This document shows positions 1-10,657 of a stretch of 64,000 nucleotides of DNA, piece after piece. Where the stretch lies: positions 129,827,534 through 129,891,533 of the forward strand of contig NC_068982.1 of assembly GCF_001194135.2 (NCBI RefSeq), given 5' to 3'. The DNA comes from Octopus bimaculoides. Taxonomy: Eukaryota. The translations under genes were made by a program, and so were the position numbers. Position 1 is the first letter of the stretch. Each line of letters begins with the position of its first letter. The notes below the pieces were generated by a model. The model was given only the letters and a program-made list of their open reading frames with translations, ran no database searches and was not told the origin of the DNA.

Positions 1-131
1 TAAAGAAATTCATATTATTAAGTGCTTAGTCCTATCATATGACTAGTGTGCCTTTTATAATGCATGTGAAATTAGTTAATTTATTACATGTTAGGATTAC
101 AACAATTTCCAGAAAATCTCACTAGACCCAC

Positions 132-274
132 ATCAATCTTATCTGTTCCTTCTCTGCATCTTCAGTGATGCGAGTATCATGTTCATAAAAAGCCCCTCGT
201 CTTGGAACATAAGCAGGGTTCCTTCGATCTTCATCATCATCCAGTTCTTTATCTTTATCATCAATTGGTTGTTC
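132..274 (-). CDS. CASC3: CASC3 coding exon 5, start of the Btz/SELOR domain; the gene continues off the left edge
   Basis: Translates to EQPIDDKDKELDDDEDRRNPAYVPRRGAFYEHDTRITEDAEKEQIRL, matching the CASC3 LDDDEDRKNPAYIPRKGLFFEHD motif. Acceptor tttcag, donor gtgggt (phase 2). Confidence 0.93.
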
Positions 275-629
275 CTGAAAGACCAACAGGAAAGAAATTA
301 CATACTTAAAAAATGACAGATAAAGAGGAATCTATTTAGGACAAAAATGTAGATTCCAAGCAAGTAAAATTTGACATTAAGTTTGATAAAAATGTCCACC
401 ACAAACAAAACTATATTAATGTTTACTCCTTTCCAAATATTCATATTCACACTAAATAATTAATCCATGAAAAGGAAAGAGTTTTCTCGAGTTCTTACAG
501 AACACACACCAGATAGATGAATAACCAAACCATTGATTTTTAATATTTACAATATTTTAATATTTTACTAACAAAGTAATCAGGTTTCTCATGACAATTT
601 ATTTTTGTAATGCAGTATTCGCAACATAC

Positions 630-836
630 CTCACCATCACCACTTTGACGTTCTTCATCGATGCCATCTTCTATATATTCTCCTTCACTCTCTACTTCAC
701 TAGATTCTTCTTCACTATCTTCTTCACTTTCTTCCTCACTGTCTTCTTCACTCTCATCTTCCTCATCTTCATCATCATCTTCTTCTTCATCGTCTCCTTC
801 TTCCTCATCTTCCTTTTCTCCATTTTCAGCTTCCTG
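630..836 (-). CDS. CASC3: CASC3 coding exon 4 (acidic E/D tract ending ERQSGDGE)
   Basis: Pyrimidine tract plus tandem acceptor tag/cag, donor gtatgt, phase 0 to 0. ERQSGDG is the conserved CASC3 motif. The plus-strand F/L-rich ORF 591..845 is its antisense shadow. Confidence 0.92.
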
Positions 837-1251
837 CTAGGATAGTTAAAAAATAGAAAGAAATAACCATAAAAATAAAGTTTAAAAATTCAAGGTGAAA
901 ATATGTTTTAGAGCTAATGATAGGAATAATTCCATCATTACAAAGAGGAAATTTAACTAAAAAGCAATGAAAGTGAGACAGTCTAAGATTGAAAAGTGAA
1001 CATATGTTTGATGTGGTTTTCAAAATTAAATATTAACCCTTTTGTTACCATACTTCTGCTGAGATGCTCTGTGGTTCTTTCAATTAATTTTAAATATAAC
1101 AAAGAATTTAGTAAAATAACTTAGTTATCATTAAAGCTAGTGTCAGGAATATAAATTGTGACTAAGGTTTGGTGGAAGATTTTAATTCAGAACTTTTGGA
1201 AACGACATTTGTACTAGAGCTAAAAGCAGTTTCAGGCAGGTTGAAGTAACT

Positions 1252-1470
1252 AATCATCATCATCATCATCATTTAACGTCCGCTTTCCATGCTAGCATGG
1301 GTTGGACGATTTGACTGAGGACTGGAAAGACAGCAGGCTGCACCAGGCTCCAATCTGATCTGGCAGAGTTTCTACAGCTGGATGCCCTTCCTAATGCCAA
1401 CCACTTCGAGAGTGTAGTGGGTGCTTTTACGTGCCACCGGCACGAGGGCCAGTCACACAGTACTGGCAAC
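1252..1470 (-). mobile_element. RTE tail copy
   Basis: Same tail sequence, with (CAT)n at its left end. Confidence 0.8.
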
Positions 1471-2458
1471 TAATATAAGTTGAAATCAGTAGTTCTCAGT
1501 AAGTTCAAGGAATTCTTTGATATATGGTCTCAATGTTTTTCTGGTATCCTTACAACTTTAAACACTTTTTACAAAATGATTTTCTTTTGTTTCACTTCAG
1601 GGATAGATTAGATCAAAAGACCTGGGTACCTTGCATTACACATTTTTATTAGGTATTCATGTAGTTAATATACTGAAAACAAAATATTTGATTTTGATTC
1701 AGTGTTACATTTGTGTGCCAATACTAGGAAACACCAACCGTTTAAAGATATAATTTCATAATTTGAACCACAAAGTTGAGAGATCTTACAGGAAACCCAC
1801 TTTTGAGTTGTAATGATTACATTGGAAACTAAAATTTTCTTTCAAAGAATGTAACTATTTGTAAAGAGTTTCAATGCAGTTATTTTTCCTATGTTGAAAG
1901 TTATTTGGTGCTTCAACATCTCTAATGAAAATACTACACATTATCCAGATTGATACTGCTATCTTAGCAATTAAAACACTTCCATTCCTCACACACATAT
2001 TCATAAATGTAAAATTACTTTTGAACAGATCCTTTCTGTTCACAAAAGAAAACTTTTCTAAATATTTCCCCCCCACTTCAATAAGTTCAGGTTAAATAAT
2101 CAAAATATTTTACCCATCAACTGAATCATCAATGTGGTCCATTGTTTTATAGTTAGTCTGCAATGGTTGTTACACTCGAGAACTTAAAGATTGTTGGGTA
2201 GCCAGTATTACATCTGGTTGATCAGAAAGAACTAAATGAACAACATGGGCTGAATGTTAATTAGCCTAAACTGTTTTTGTTGGTGTTTTGTTAACACTGC
2301 AAATATAACATACCAGGTCACTTAGCAAGTAGCTTGTCAATCATAAAATCTACAATGAAATGTTATTTACCAAATGTTTTTATCTTTCTTTTAACTCTTG
2401 AGAATTTAATCATCCTATTAAACGTCTGTTTCCATCTCATTTATTTGCAAATTATTAA

Positions 2459-2677
2459 CCCTTTCATTACCATATTTCCAACGAAATACACCAGCTGCAT
2501 TTCAATTAAGTTTGAATAAAGAATGTAAGAAAATAATTTTGTTTTTATTAATTAAGCTGGTGTTTGGAACAAATTAAAATAAAATTTTGGTGAAAGGTTT
2601 TAATTTACATCACTTTAAAATTAGAGGTTTCTATCATAGACCTAGAGGCTCTCTCTGGCAAGCTAGTATCAAAAGGG
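2459..2677. mobile_element. piggyBac-type MITE
   Basis: TTAA|CCCTTTCATTAC ... GTATCAAAAGGG|TTAA. A related left end occurs near 1035. Confidence 0.7.
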
Positions 2678-3179
2678 TTAATGTATGGTTCACAGAACTG
2701 AACCAAATGGGCCACAAAAATGGTTGTGGGTGGATGAGAGCATTTAGGCTATTGCATAATCTGTCTGAACAAAGTCAGATGCAGCTCTCTGATGGACATT
2801 TTGTCTATTACAGCTATTATTATTGATATTACAGCTATTATTGTTGATATTATTATTATCATTATTGTTGTTGTAATCATTTGTGTTATAATTGTTGGGA
2901 ATTACTGATGAGGAACAAATAGTCTTAAAAAAAGTGAAATCTTTTAAATTTCTGAATATATGTCTATATTCTGAGACATAGACACTCTGGAGAAGGAAAG
3001 TATGGAAGCAGAAAGATCTCTCAACCAGATATAGCTTGAAAGATGCACTGAGTAATTAGGAGATAGAAACTTAAGACATAGAAGAAAACCTAAGTTTCTG
3101 AAACAACTACCTGTGAGCCACAAACCAGATCTATGGATGGAGAATGAGTGAATCAAGCAGATATGGTGGTAGAATAGTA

Positions 3180-3700
3180 ATGTAGACAGCATTATAAAAG
3201 CTAAGAGATAGGCTTGTAAAGGCTTAATAAAAGGAGCAACAGTGACAATAGTAGCTAGAAGAGAAGCTAGATGTCAGATATAATTAGCACAGAGAATATG
3301 AAAGAGGTTTGCCAATGTTTTGTAATATGGGGTGTTGCACTTGCAAAACAGTGTTCGTGGGATTGAAGACATCATTGGTGAAAAATATGCTTATAATAAT
3401 AGTGGTACACTCACCCTCACTGAAGCCAAGAAAGAAGAAGAATGAAAATGGTACTAAGGAGAACGCATTGGGGAGATGAACCAGTTATTGAAGTTGATAA
3501 CTATATTGTCAGTGGCTGGACTAGATGTCAATGACTAAAAAGGGTAAACAAGATGCTCTAGAAATGAGCAACATTAAATCAATAGACTAAGTTATGAATG
3601 ACTTTGTCAGAAATATGCAAGCCATGTACAGGAGTGCTGTCAGCAGAGTGAGACTTGGTAAGGAGTCCAGTACATAAGGGAGATATCCATTGGAGTTGAG
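3180..3700 (+). mobile_element. Degraded RTE LINE ORF fragment
   Basis: Remnants resembling AKQC.R...DIIGEK and VRNMQAMYRSAVSRVR. Confidence 0.5.
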
Positions 3701-4529
3701 TTTCCAGCCCCCTTCTGTTTATTATAGTTCCCCAGGTCATAAAAGAGAAATTGAACACGAGCTATTGATGGGATTTCCTGTATATCAAAAAATCTATTTC
3801 TCAAAATTGAATTAGCCAAAGTTTCCAAAAGGAAGTAAAATCTAGAGAGATCTAAAAGTAAGCGTAGCAAAGATACAAATTTTACTTAGCAAGAAAAAAT
3901 ACAGAATTTTACTGCCATCTGAAACAAGAGTATGCTTGAGATTAATAGAAGTAGTGAATCATGGGCAGGTGGACAAAAGATTCTGTATGTAGAAAATGCA
4001 GGGGTAGTTAGCTTTAAGAGCACCCATGGAAAACATTTTCCCAAAGAATCAGAAGACTTCCAAGAGGTATTAGATAGCATGTTACCATGGTGACTAAATT
4101 AGCAGCAGAAACAGATATTCAAAAACCAGAGCTATTAACTATGCTGGTAACAAAGAAATTCCCTGAGTAAAGAGCAAACTGCATGAGGCTTATGTAAAAA
4201 TGTGCAATACAGTACGATAGCAAAATATCAGCTAACAGTGTTATGCCTGATTCTAGTTTACACTTAGTTATAAAAGAAAGCATAATTCACAGTCTAATGC
4301 CAACCACTTTATAGTGTACTGATTATATTTTATTATGGAATCATTAGTAGACAGATTGTAATGTCTTTAGAAAACTAAAGAGTTTTCCTGACCCTATGTT
4401 GTCTCCAGTTATTCATCAACTCCTTTACAGAGTACACTGTAAGGTTTTCTTATCCCTTGCAAGTGTCCTCACTATCTTGTCTCTGTTCTTTCAAGACATC
4501 ACTGAGAAGATGAATAGAAGAGTCAGGTG

Positions 4530-5160
4530 AGGTGAGGTGTGGGTGCATGTGCTGTTGCATTCACCATTTATAGGTATATTCCTGGGTCCTCTCAGGCAAC
4601 CCATCAAGCAGAGCCCCAGACAGTCCCCGTCTCTGCAAGATACTTCCTCATCTGTTATGAACATGTGGCATGTGGTTGACCAACATGACCTGTCAACCCA
4701 GCTGGATCCTCAATCAAGAGGACACAGTAAGAAAGGTCTAACTCAGAAAATCAAGCAACACGGCCATACAGTCTGAGCTGGTGTTCCTGAACCAAACAAG
4801 TAACATGATGCATCCCAGTTTCTGAGTAGATTCAGTGGTTGGATATGAAATTCAACCAACGGGGTAACTCATAATCCTGTGATGTGTCCTGGTATCAAAG
4901 GAGTTCTGGCAGATCCTAAGTGTTCTAGTCTCACAACTGTAGAACAGGACAGGGTGAACCAGATATGTAGAATCCTGAACATTTGTCCTTCTGCTCAGAT
5001 ATCGACAGTGCCGAACATCCTCGTTCAATGAGTCAGCAACTGCATCAGCGTGTCCAAGTCTTTTTAGCTAATGCTACTATGTATGTCATTGCTGAGATAA
5101 GTGAAGTGGTCAACAACTTTCAACATTCTCATCCACAACAGACAGAAAAAGAAGCAGGAT
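4530..5160 (-). mobile_element. Degraded RTE LINE fragment (post-RT region)
   Basis: Minus-strand remnants include VVDHFTYLS and an RTE-type C-terminal pattern with many lesions. Confidence 0.55.
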
Positions 5161-5436
5161 GAGAAGGTGAAAAAGTAATGGATGTAATAGCAGCTATATA
5201 TTCTTAACTGGTAAGGAGATTGAATAGAAACTCAGTATGAGTGGTACAAGTGAAATGGGGTAAAAAAAAATGAAAGGAAATGAGATAGTTGATGAAAGAG
5301 GAGGTAATGGAAGTGACAGAGTGGATGTATGTTAACAATAAGTGATTGGGAAGGGTATGTGTGAGAGAGATGGAAAACAATAACTGAAGCTGGGTGATGG
5401 TAAGAGAGATAAAATGTGATAAATAGCACTAGAGAT

Positions 5437-5483
<47 letters not shown>

Positions 5484-5837
5484 AGAGAAAGAGAGAGAGA
5501 TATGGCCGCCAATGAGTGAACTAGGATTGAGGAAGTGATGACTACTAGTACAGAAGGTAGGAAGTAGAGATATTGAGTACAAACAAATCTGAAATGTCAT
5601 CCCATGCAGGTGACAGTGTACATTGAATGGATAATATTGGTGAGTGATAGATGAGAGAGCAACAAAAAGAGAGTTAGTAAATGGAGACTTCAGTAACATG
5701 CAGCAACTAAAAACTAAACTAATTAAAATAGTTTTATTAGGAAGAACACAACTGTGGGGAATTTTGTGATAGGCTATAATAAAGCATTATTCTGGTAGGA
5801 GATATTTCATTAAAAAGGTATACAACCAATGCTTTAA

Positions 5838-6045
5838 CCCTTTAGCATTAAGATTACTTTGTCAACTATTCATATTACTCTAAATTAATCATACATTATC
5901 TCATAGCTCTGAGATTTCAATGATGTAATTGTTTATGATTCGAATGACATTTGTGGGTAGGTGTGAGAGGACTGATCATGTCAGTTTGAACACAGAACAG
6001 GTAGAACATTTAAGGTCAGATATGGCTGGTTTAAGTGCTGAAGGG
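5838..6045. mobile_element. piggyBac-type MITE (second family; another copy starts at 11305)
   Basis: TTAA|CCCTTTAGCA ... TGCTGAAGGG|TTAC. The body aligns with 11305-11520. Confidence 0.7.
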
Positions 6046-6659
6046 TTACAAATGTTATTGATTTGAAAAGTATTTCTATAAATAACTAATAACAATAATC
6101 ATTTCTAGCAGGGGTACAAAGCTACAGATTTGAGGGTGGGAAGGATAAGTTGATTAAACTGACTCAGTACTTTTTGTTCATGCTTGAAGAATGAAAGGCA
6201 AAGTTGACCTTGGTTCAATTGAAACTCAATGTAGAGAGTTAGAATAAATATAAATATTGCAAGGCATTTGTCTGAAGATCTAATGGTTCTGCCAATTCAC
6301 CACCAAATAATTTCTAATTTAAGCACAAGACCAGTAATTTTGAGGGGAAGAGCTAGTCAGTAAATTGACCCAGGTGCTGGATAGTTACTTTATTTTATCA
6401 GCCCGGAAAGGATGAAAGGTAAAGTTAATCCAGGCAGGATTTGAACTCAAAATGCGAAGAGTGTAAACAAATACAGCAAGGTATTTTTCGAATACTTAAA
6501 TGATTTTAGACACAAAGCAGATCTAAAAGTGAACCATCCTTAACAATGTTTAAACACGAATGTTCTTAAAAGATATATCACAGTCAGAATTTGATGATAT
6601 AAAAAGAGTATCAAATAAATAACAATTTGGGGTCAGTGAATCAAGTTGCAGCAATTATA

Positions 6660-7442
6660 TGAGGTGGTGTCAAAAGTTCCCGGACTAGTTTACATTTAAT
6701 AAAAAATAACTTATTTACCTAAGTTTTAACATCATTTCCTTGCATAGCAATACACCGGTCCCAGCATTTCTGTCACTTTTGGAATCCGGCCTGGAAGTCG
6801 TTTTCCATAAATGCGTTGAAGACCTTCTGCGATTCATTCTAGATCTTGACAATGGTGTTAAAGCGGCAACCTTTCAGCTGCATTTTCATTTTGGGGAAGA
6901 CATGGAAGTTTGCAGATGCTAAATCTGGTGACTGTGGAAGTGATACCATGTTGTTTTTGGTAAGAAACTCAAGAGTGAAGAGAGCTTGATGACAGAGTGC
7001 ATTGTTGTGAAGAATCCAATCAAATCTGGTTACTTTTACTGAATGTCCTACTTAAAATGCTTCAAAATGTTGCAGTAGAACAGATTGACAATCTGGCCCT
7101 GGAGGACGAATTCTCGATGCACAATACCGCAGATGTCAGAAAAGACTATGAGCATGCTCTTGATTGAGCTGTGGCTCTGTTGTGCACCTGTGTCAATCGA
7201 AACATTACTTGACCCACTGCCTTGCCGCTGTAAGCTTGCTGAAGCATGCTCAGTATCTCTGTAGCAAACTTCACAAGTTTATCACATGATCACAAAAGCA
7301 CAAATTTCACAACTTGTGAAGTAAATACAGCGATGTCACTTGGAGTACTGCCTCACGAAGGTCACTGCTAGCTCTCACTGAGCACGCAACTGTGTTTGGG
7401 TGCGCTACAGAACTAGTCTGGGAACTTTTTGATACTATCTCA
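6660..7442 (-). mobile_element. Internally deleted mariner remnant
   Basis: Imperfect ~30-bp TIRs (TGAGGTGGTGTCAAAAGTTCCCGGACTAGTT and its inverse) with TA flanks. The minus strand gives PQSPDLASANFHVFPKMKMQLKGCRF...KCWDRCIAMQG, a mariner transposase C-terminus with stops. Confidence 0.85.
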
Positions 7443-7619
7443 TATTTTAAATTACATTTATAATATCTAACTTGCACCAATGATTTCATAGCTTTAGGAT
7501 TGAAACAAAATAAAATTGCCGCTCAATAATATGACTATCAACTGATCAGATGTACACTTTGTCTGCTTCAAGCCACAGAAAACTGGGAAAATATGGCCCA
7601 GCAATGCATTTTATCACAT

Positions 7620-8225
7620 TGGTGAATTTCATCAATGAAAGAATGCCATCATTACTGCTGTTTGGGGATGAATGCTCAGAGAGTGTTACCACTAGAATAA
7701 GAATAGCCTGGGCAAAGTTTAGAAAGCTTCTACCCCTACTGGTGACAAAGGGCCTCTCATTCAGAGTGAAAGGTAAACTGTACAATGCATGTGTGCGAAC
7801 TGCCATGCTTTACGGTAGTGAAACATGGGCCGTGACTGCGGAGGATATGTGTAGGTTCGAAAGAAATAAAAATCAAAATAAAAATCAAATGGAAATTGTA
7901 ATTTGTGATACCCGTACTGGTGGCATGTAAAAAGCACCATCTGAACGTGGCCGATGCTAGTGCTGCCTTGACTGGCTTCTGTGCCGGTGGCACATAAAAA
8001 GCACCAACCGATCGTGGCTGTTGCCAGCTCCCTTTGGCCTTGTGCCGGTGGCACGTAAAAAGCACCCACTACACTCATGGAGTGGTTGGCTTTAGGAAGG
8101 GCATCCAGCTGTAGAAACACTGCCAGATCAGACTGGAGCCTAGTGCAGCCTCCTGGCTTCCCAGACCCTGGTCGAACCGTCCAACCCATGCTAGCATGGA
8201 AAATGGACGTTAAACGATGATGATG
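7620..8225 (+). mobile_element. RTE LINE 3' fragment with tandem-unit 3' UTR and GAT tail
   Basis: RIRIAWAKFRKLLPLL...KGKLYNACVRTAMLYGSETW, then GGTTGGC.TTAGGAAGGGCATCCAGC...GGACGTTAAACGATGATG. Confidence 0.85.
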
Positions 8226-8368
8226 AATATTTTTCTTCAGATTTTTTTTTTTTTTTTGTAATTTACAGACTTAACTGTTCATTGAAAGTATATTAACCAG
8301 AGCAGTTAGTTCTTTCAAAAGATAACAGAGAAATATAATATATTCTTTTAAAAAGTTAATAAACTTAC

Positions 8369-8418
8369 AGTAGATTTTTTTCCATCACCAACACTCTCAT
8401 AATCAGACACTTCAACTT
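8369..8418 (-). CDS. CASC3: CASC3 coding exon 3 (-EVEVSDYESVGDGKKST)
   Basis: Acceptor ctaactttcag, donor gtaagt, 50 nt, phase 1 to 0. Contains the SDYES motif conserved in CASC3. Confidence 0.88.
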
Positions 8419-9333
8419 CTGAAAGTTAGAAATAATAAAATAACTTAGATATGACTATCAATATGATATTTCTTTAAAGTAAGCATGACTGAATTTCTAG
8501 CAGACAACTTACAATTAAGAAGCTAAAAATAAAACAGGAATTGGTTGTATCGAAAATTTGAATAGAAATTGAAGTGATTGAAATTTTAAGCATTTTAAAT
8601 ATCATTTTTGAATAAAGAGGGAAGCCATTACCTATGACTCTTTACAGGGCTTGAGACTTGTGAAAGACATTCAGAAACTGAGGTTTGGTCTGAATACTTG
8701 CAACAGAATGGACTCTACAAAAGGCACCCAAGGTGCCAGATGATAGTGTTAAATGAGGCTGTGTGGTAAATTTACAATACAAGCAGACCATAGTAAGATT
8801 TGAACTCAGAATGTAAATGCTATGAGGTATCCTTTGTGTTGTTCTTACAGTTCCCAAGAAAGGTACTTTTCTTTTTTTTTAACAAATCTGAAGGTTGAAT
8901 AGCAAAGTTCACCGTGGCAGGATTTGGACCTAGAGCACAAAGAGCTGGGCAAAATACCACAAGCATTCTATCCAATCCTAACAATTCAACCAATTTGCCA
9001 CTTATTGATGAAAGAAATTATAATTGGTTAATGGAATCTTGCTTTTAACAAATACCTTACCATGAAGGAAAATGGATTCTCATTGATTTATATTACAAAA
9101 GCCTAAGTACAAAAACATATAGAGAAGATTGATCATGTCAACAAAGTTAATGACAAATGAAAAAAATATATATCAATAAGCTAACTGAATACATGTTATT
9201 TTGGCTTGATATTCTCCATTTAAGTAGTTACAAGACCAAATTGTTTTGTTGATAACCAGCAAGTTTTCTAATAATATCCAGCATTTTTGTAAATAAAAAT
9301 TTATTAAGTTTAAAAAAAAATTTTATTACTTAC

Positions 9334-9358
9334 CATCTGAATGTTCATCTTCACTAAC
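9334..9358 (-). CDS. CASC3: CASC3 coding exon 2 (25-nt micro-exon, VSEDEHSD-)
   Basis: Acceptor ...aatttttccag, donor gtaagt, phase 0 to 1. Frame is consistent with exons 1 and 3. Confidence 0.8.
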
Positions 9359-9892
9359 CTGGAAAAATTACAGTGAAAATGTTACTGATTTTCAACACTG
9401 ATTTTTTTCATAATAATTTTTAAATAAATAACAATAATAACTGAAACTAATGGTTTCTCCCCACCCCACGCCCATCCCATATAGTGAAATGAAGGACCTA
9501 TGAGACTGGTGGGAGAAAGTTATCCCCAGATTAGAGATCTTGCTTGAATGTGTATTCTGCTAAATTGTTCAACTGGTTAACAGTCTGCTACCTGAAAACA
9601 AGAAAGGATCCTCAGAGAAGCTTCCAAGACAGTTTTTGTGTACTAAATTTCAATGAAAAGAATTTGGTCAAGTTAAGGCTATGGTAGGAGACACTTCCTC
9701 AAAGTAACACACAATGGGATCAAACCATAGGCCACATAGCGACAAAAGAATTCAACAATCCAGCAATGCCTACATTCATACAATATTATACAGACTAATA
9801 AAATCCTACATTATTTTTATCATTGCAAGTAATAAAAATCCTTTTCAGTTCTATATTCAAGAGATGAGGAATTATGTACATAATTTACATTT

Positions 9893-10435
9893 CATCATCA
9901 TCATCGTTTAACGTCCACTTTCCATGCTAGCATGGGTTGGACGATTTGATTGAGGACTGGTGAACCAGATGGCTACACCAGACTCCAAACTGATTTGGTA
10001 GACTTTCTACAGCTGGATGCCCTTCCTAACGCCAACCACTCCAAGAGTGTTGTGGGTGCTTTTACGTGCCACCGGCACGAGGGCCAGTCACACGCTACTG
10101 GCAACGGCCATGCTCAAAATGGTGTTTTTTACATGCCACTTGCACAGGAGCCAGTCTAGCAGCACTAGCAACGACCTCGCTCGAATGTCTTTTCATGTGC
10201 CACCGGCACAAGTGCTAGGAAGGTGATGCTGGTAATGATCACGCTCAAATGGTGCTATTTACGTGCCACTGGCACGGAAGCCAGATAGCTGCTCTGGCAA
10301 CGATTACACTCGCACGGTGCTCTTAGCGCTCCACTGGTACAGGTGCCATCACGATTTCGCTTTCACTTGCCCCAAGAGGTCTTCACAAACCGAGTTTAGT
10401 GTCCGGTGAAGGAGACGTTGGCATGGGTGCCAGTT
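9893..10435 (-). mobile_element. RTE 3' UTR/tail copy with several ~55-bp internal tandem units
   Basis: Reverse complement of the tail at 8040-8225, with repeated TTTTACGTGCCAC(C/T)GGCAC units. Confidence 0.8.
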
Positions 10436-10450
10436 GTTGAATTTAGTTCG

Positions 10451-10657
10451 ATTTGATGGATATTTGTCCTCATCTTGTTTGTTGTTAACACAACATTTCA
10501 GCTGCTATACCCTCCAACCATCATCAGGTGTCTTGGGGAAATTTTAGGAATGAGAACCCAGGTTCGAAATTTCCCCAAGACATCTGATGAAGGCTGGAGG
10601 GTATATCAGCTGAAACGTGTTAACAACAAACAAGATGAGGACAAATATCCATCAAAT
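10451..10657. mobile_element. Palindromic Penelope-like terminal element with two degenerate minimal hammerhead motifs
   Basis: Inverted arms 10451-10544 and 10567-10657 with a 22-nt spacer. Each arm has CTGATGA-[GG(C/T)TG...CAGCT]-GAAA. Confidence 0.7.

Noticed and set aside
591-845. Hydrophobic F/L/I-rich plus-strand ORF resembling a membrane peptide
   Set aside because: It is the antisense reading of the GAA/GAT-rich CASC3 exon 4.
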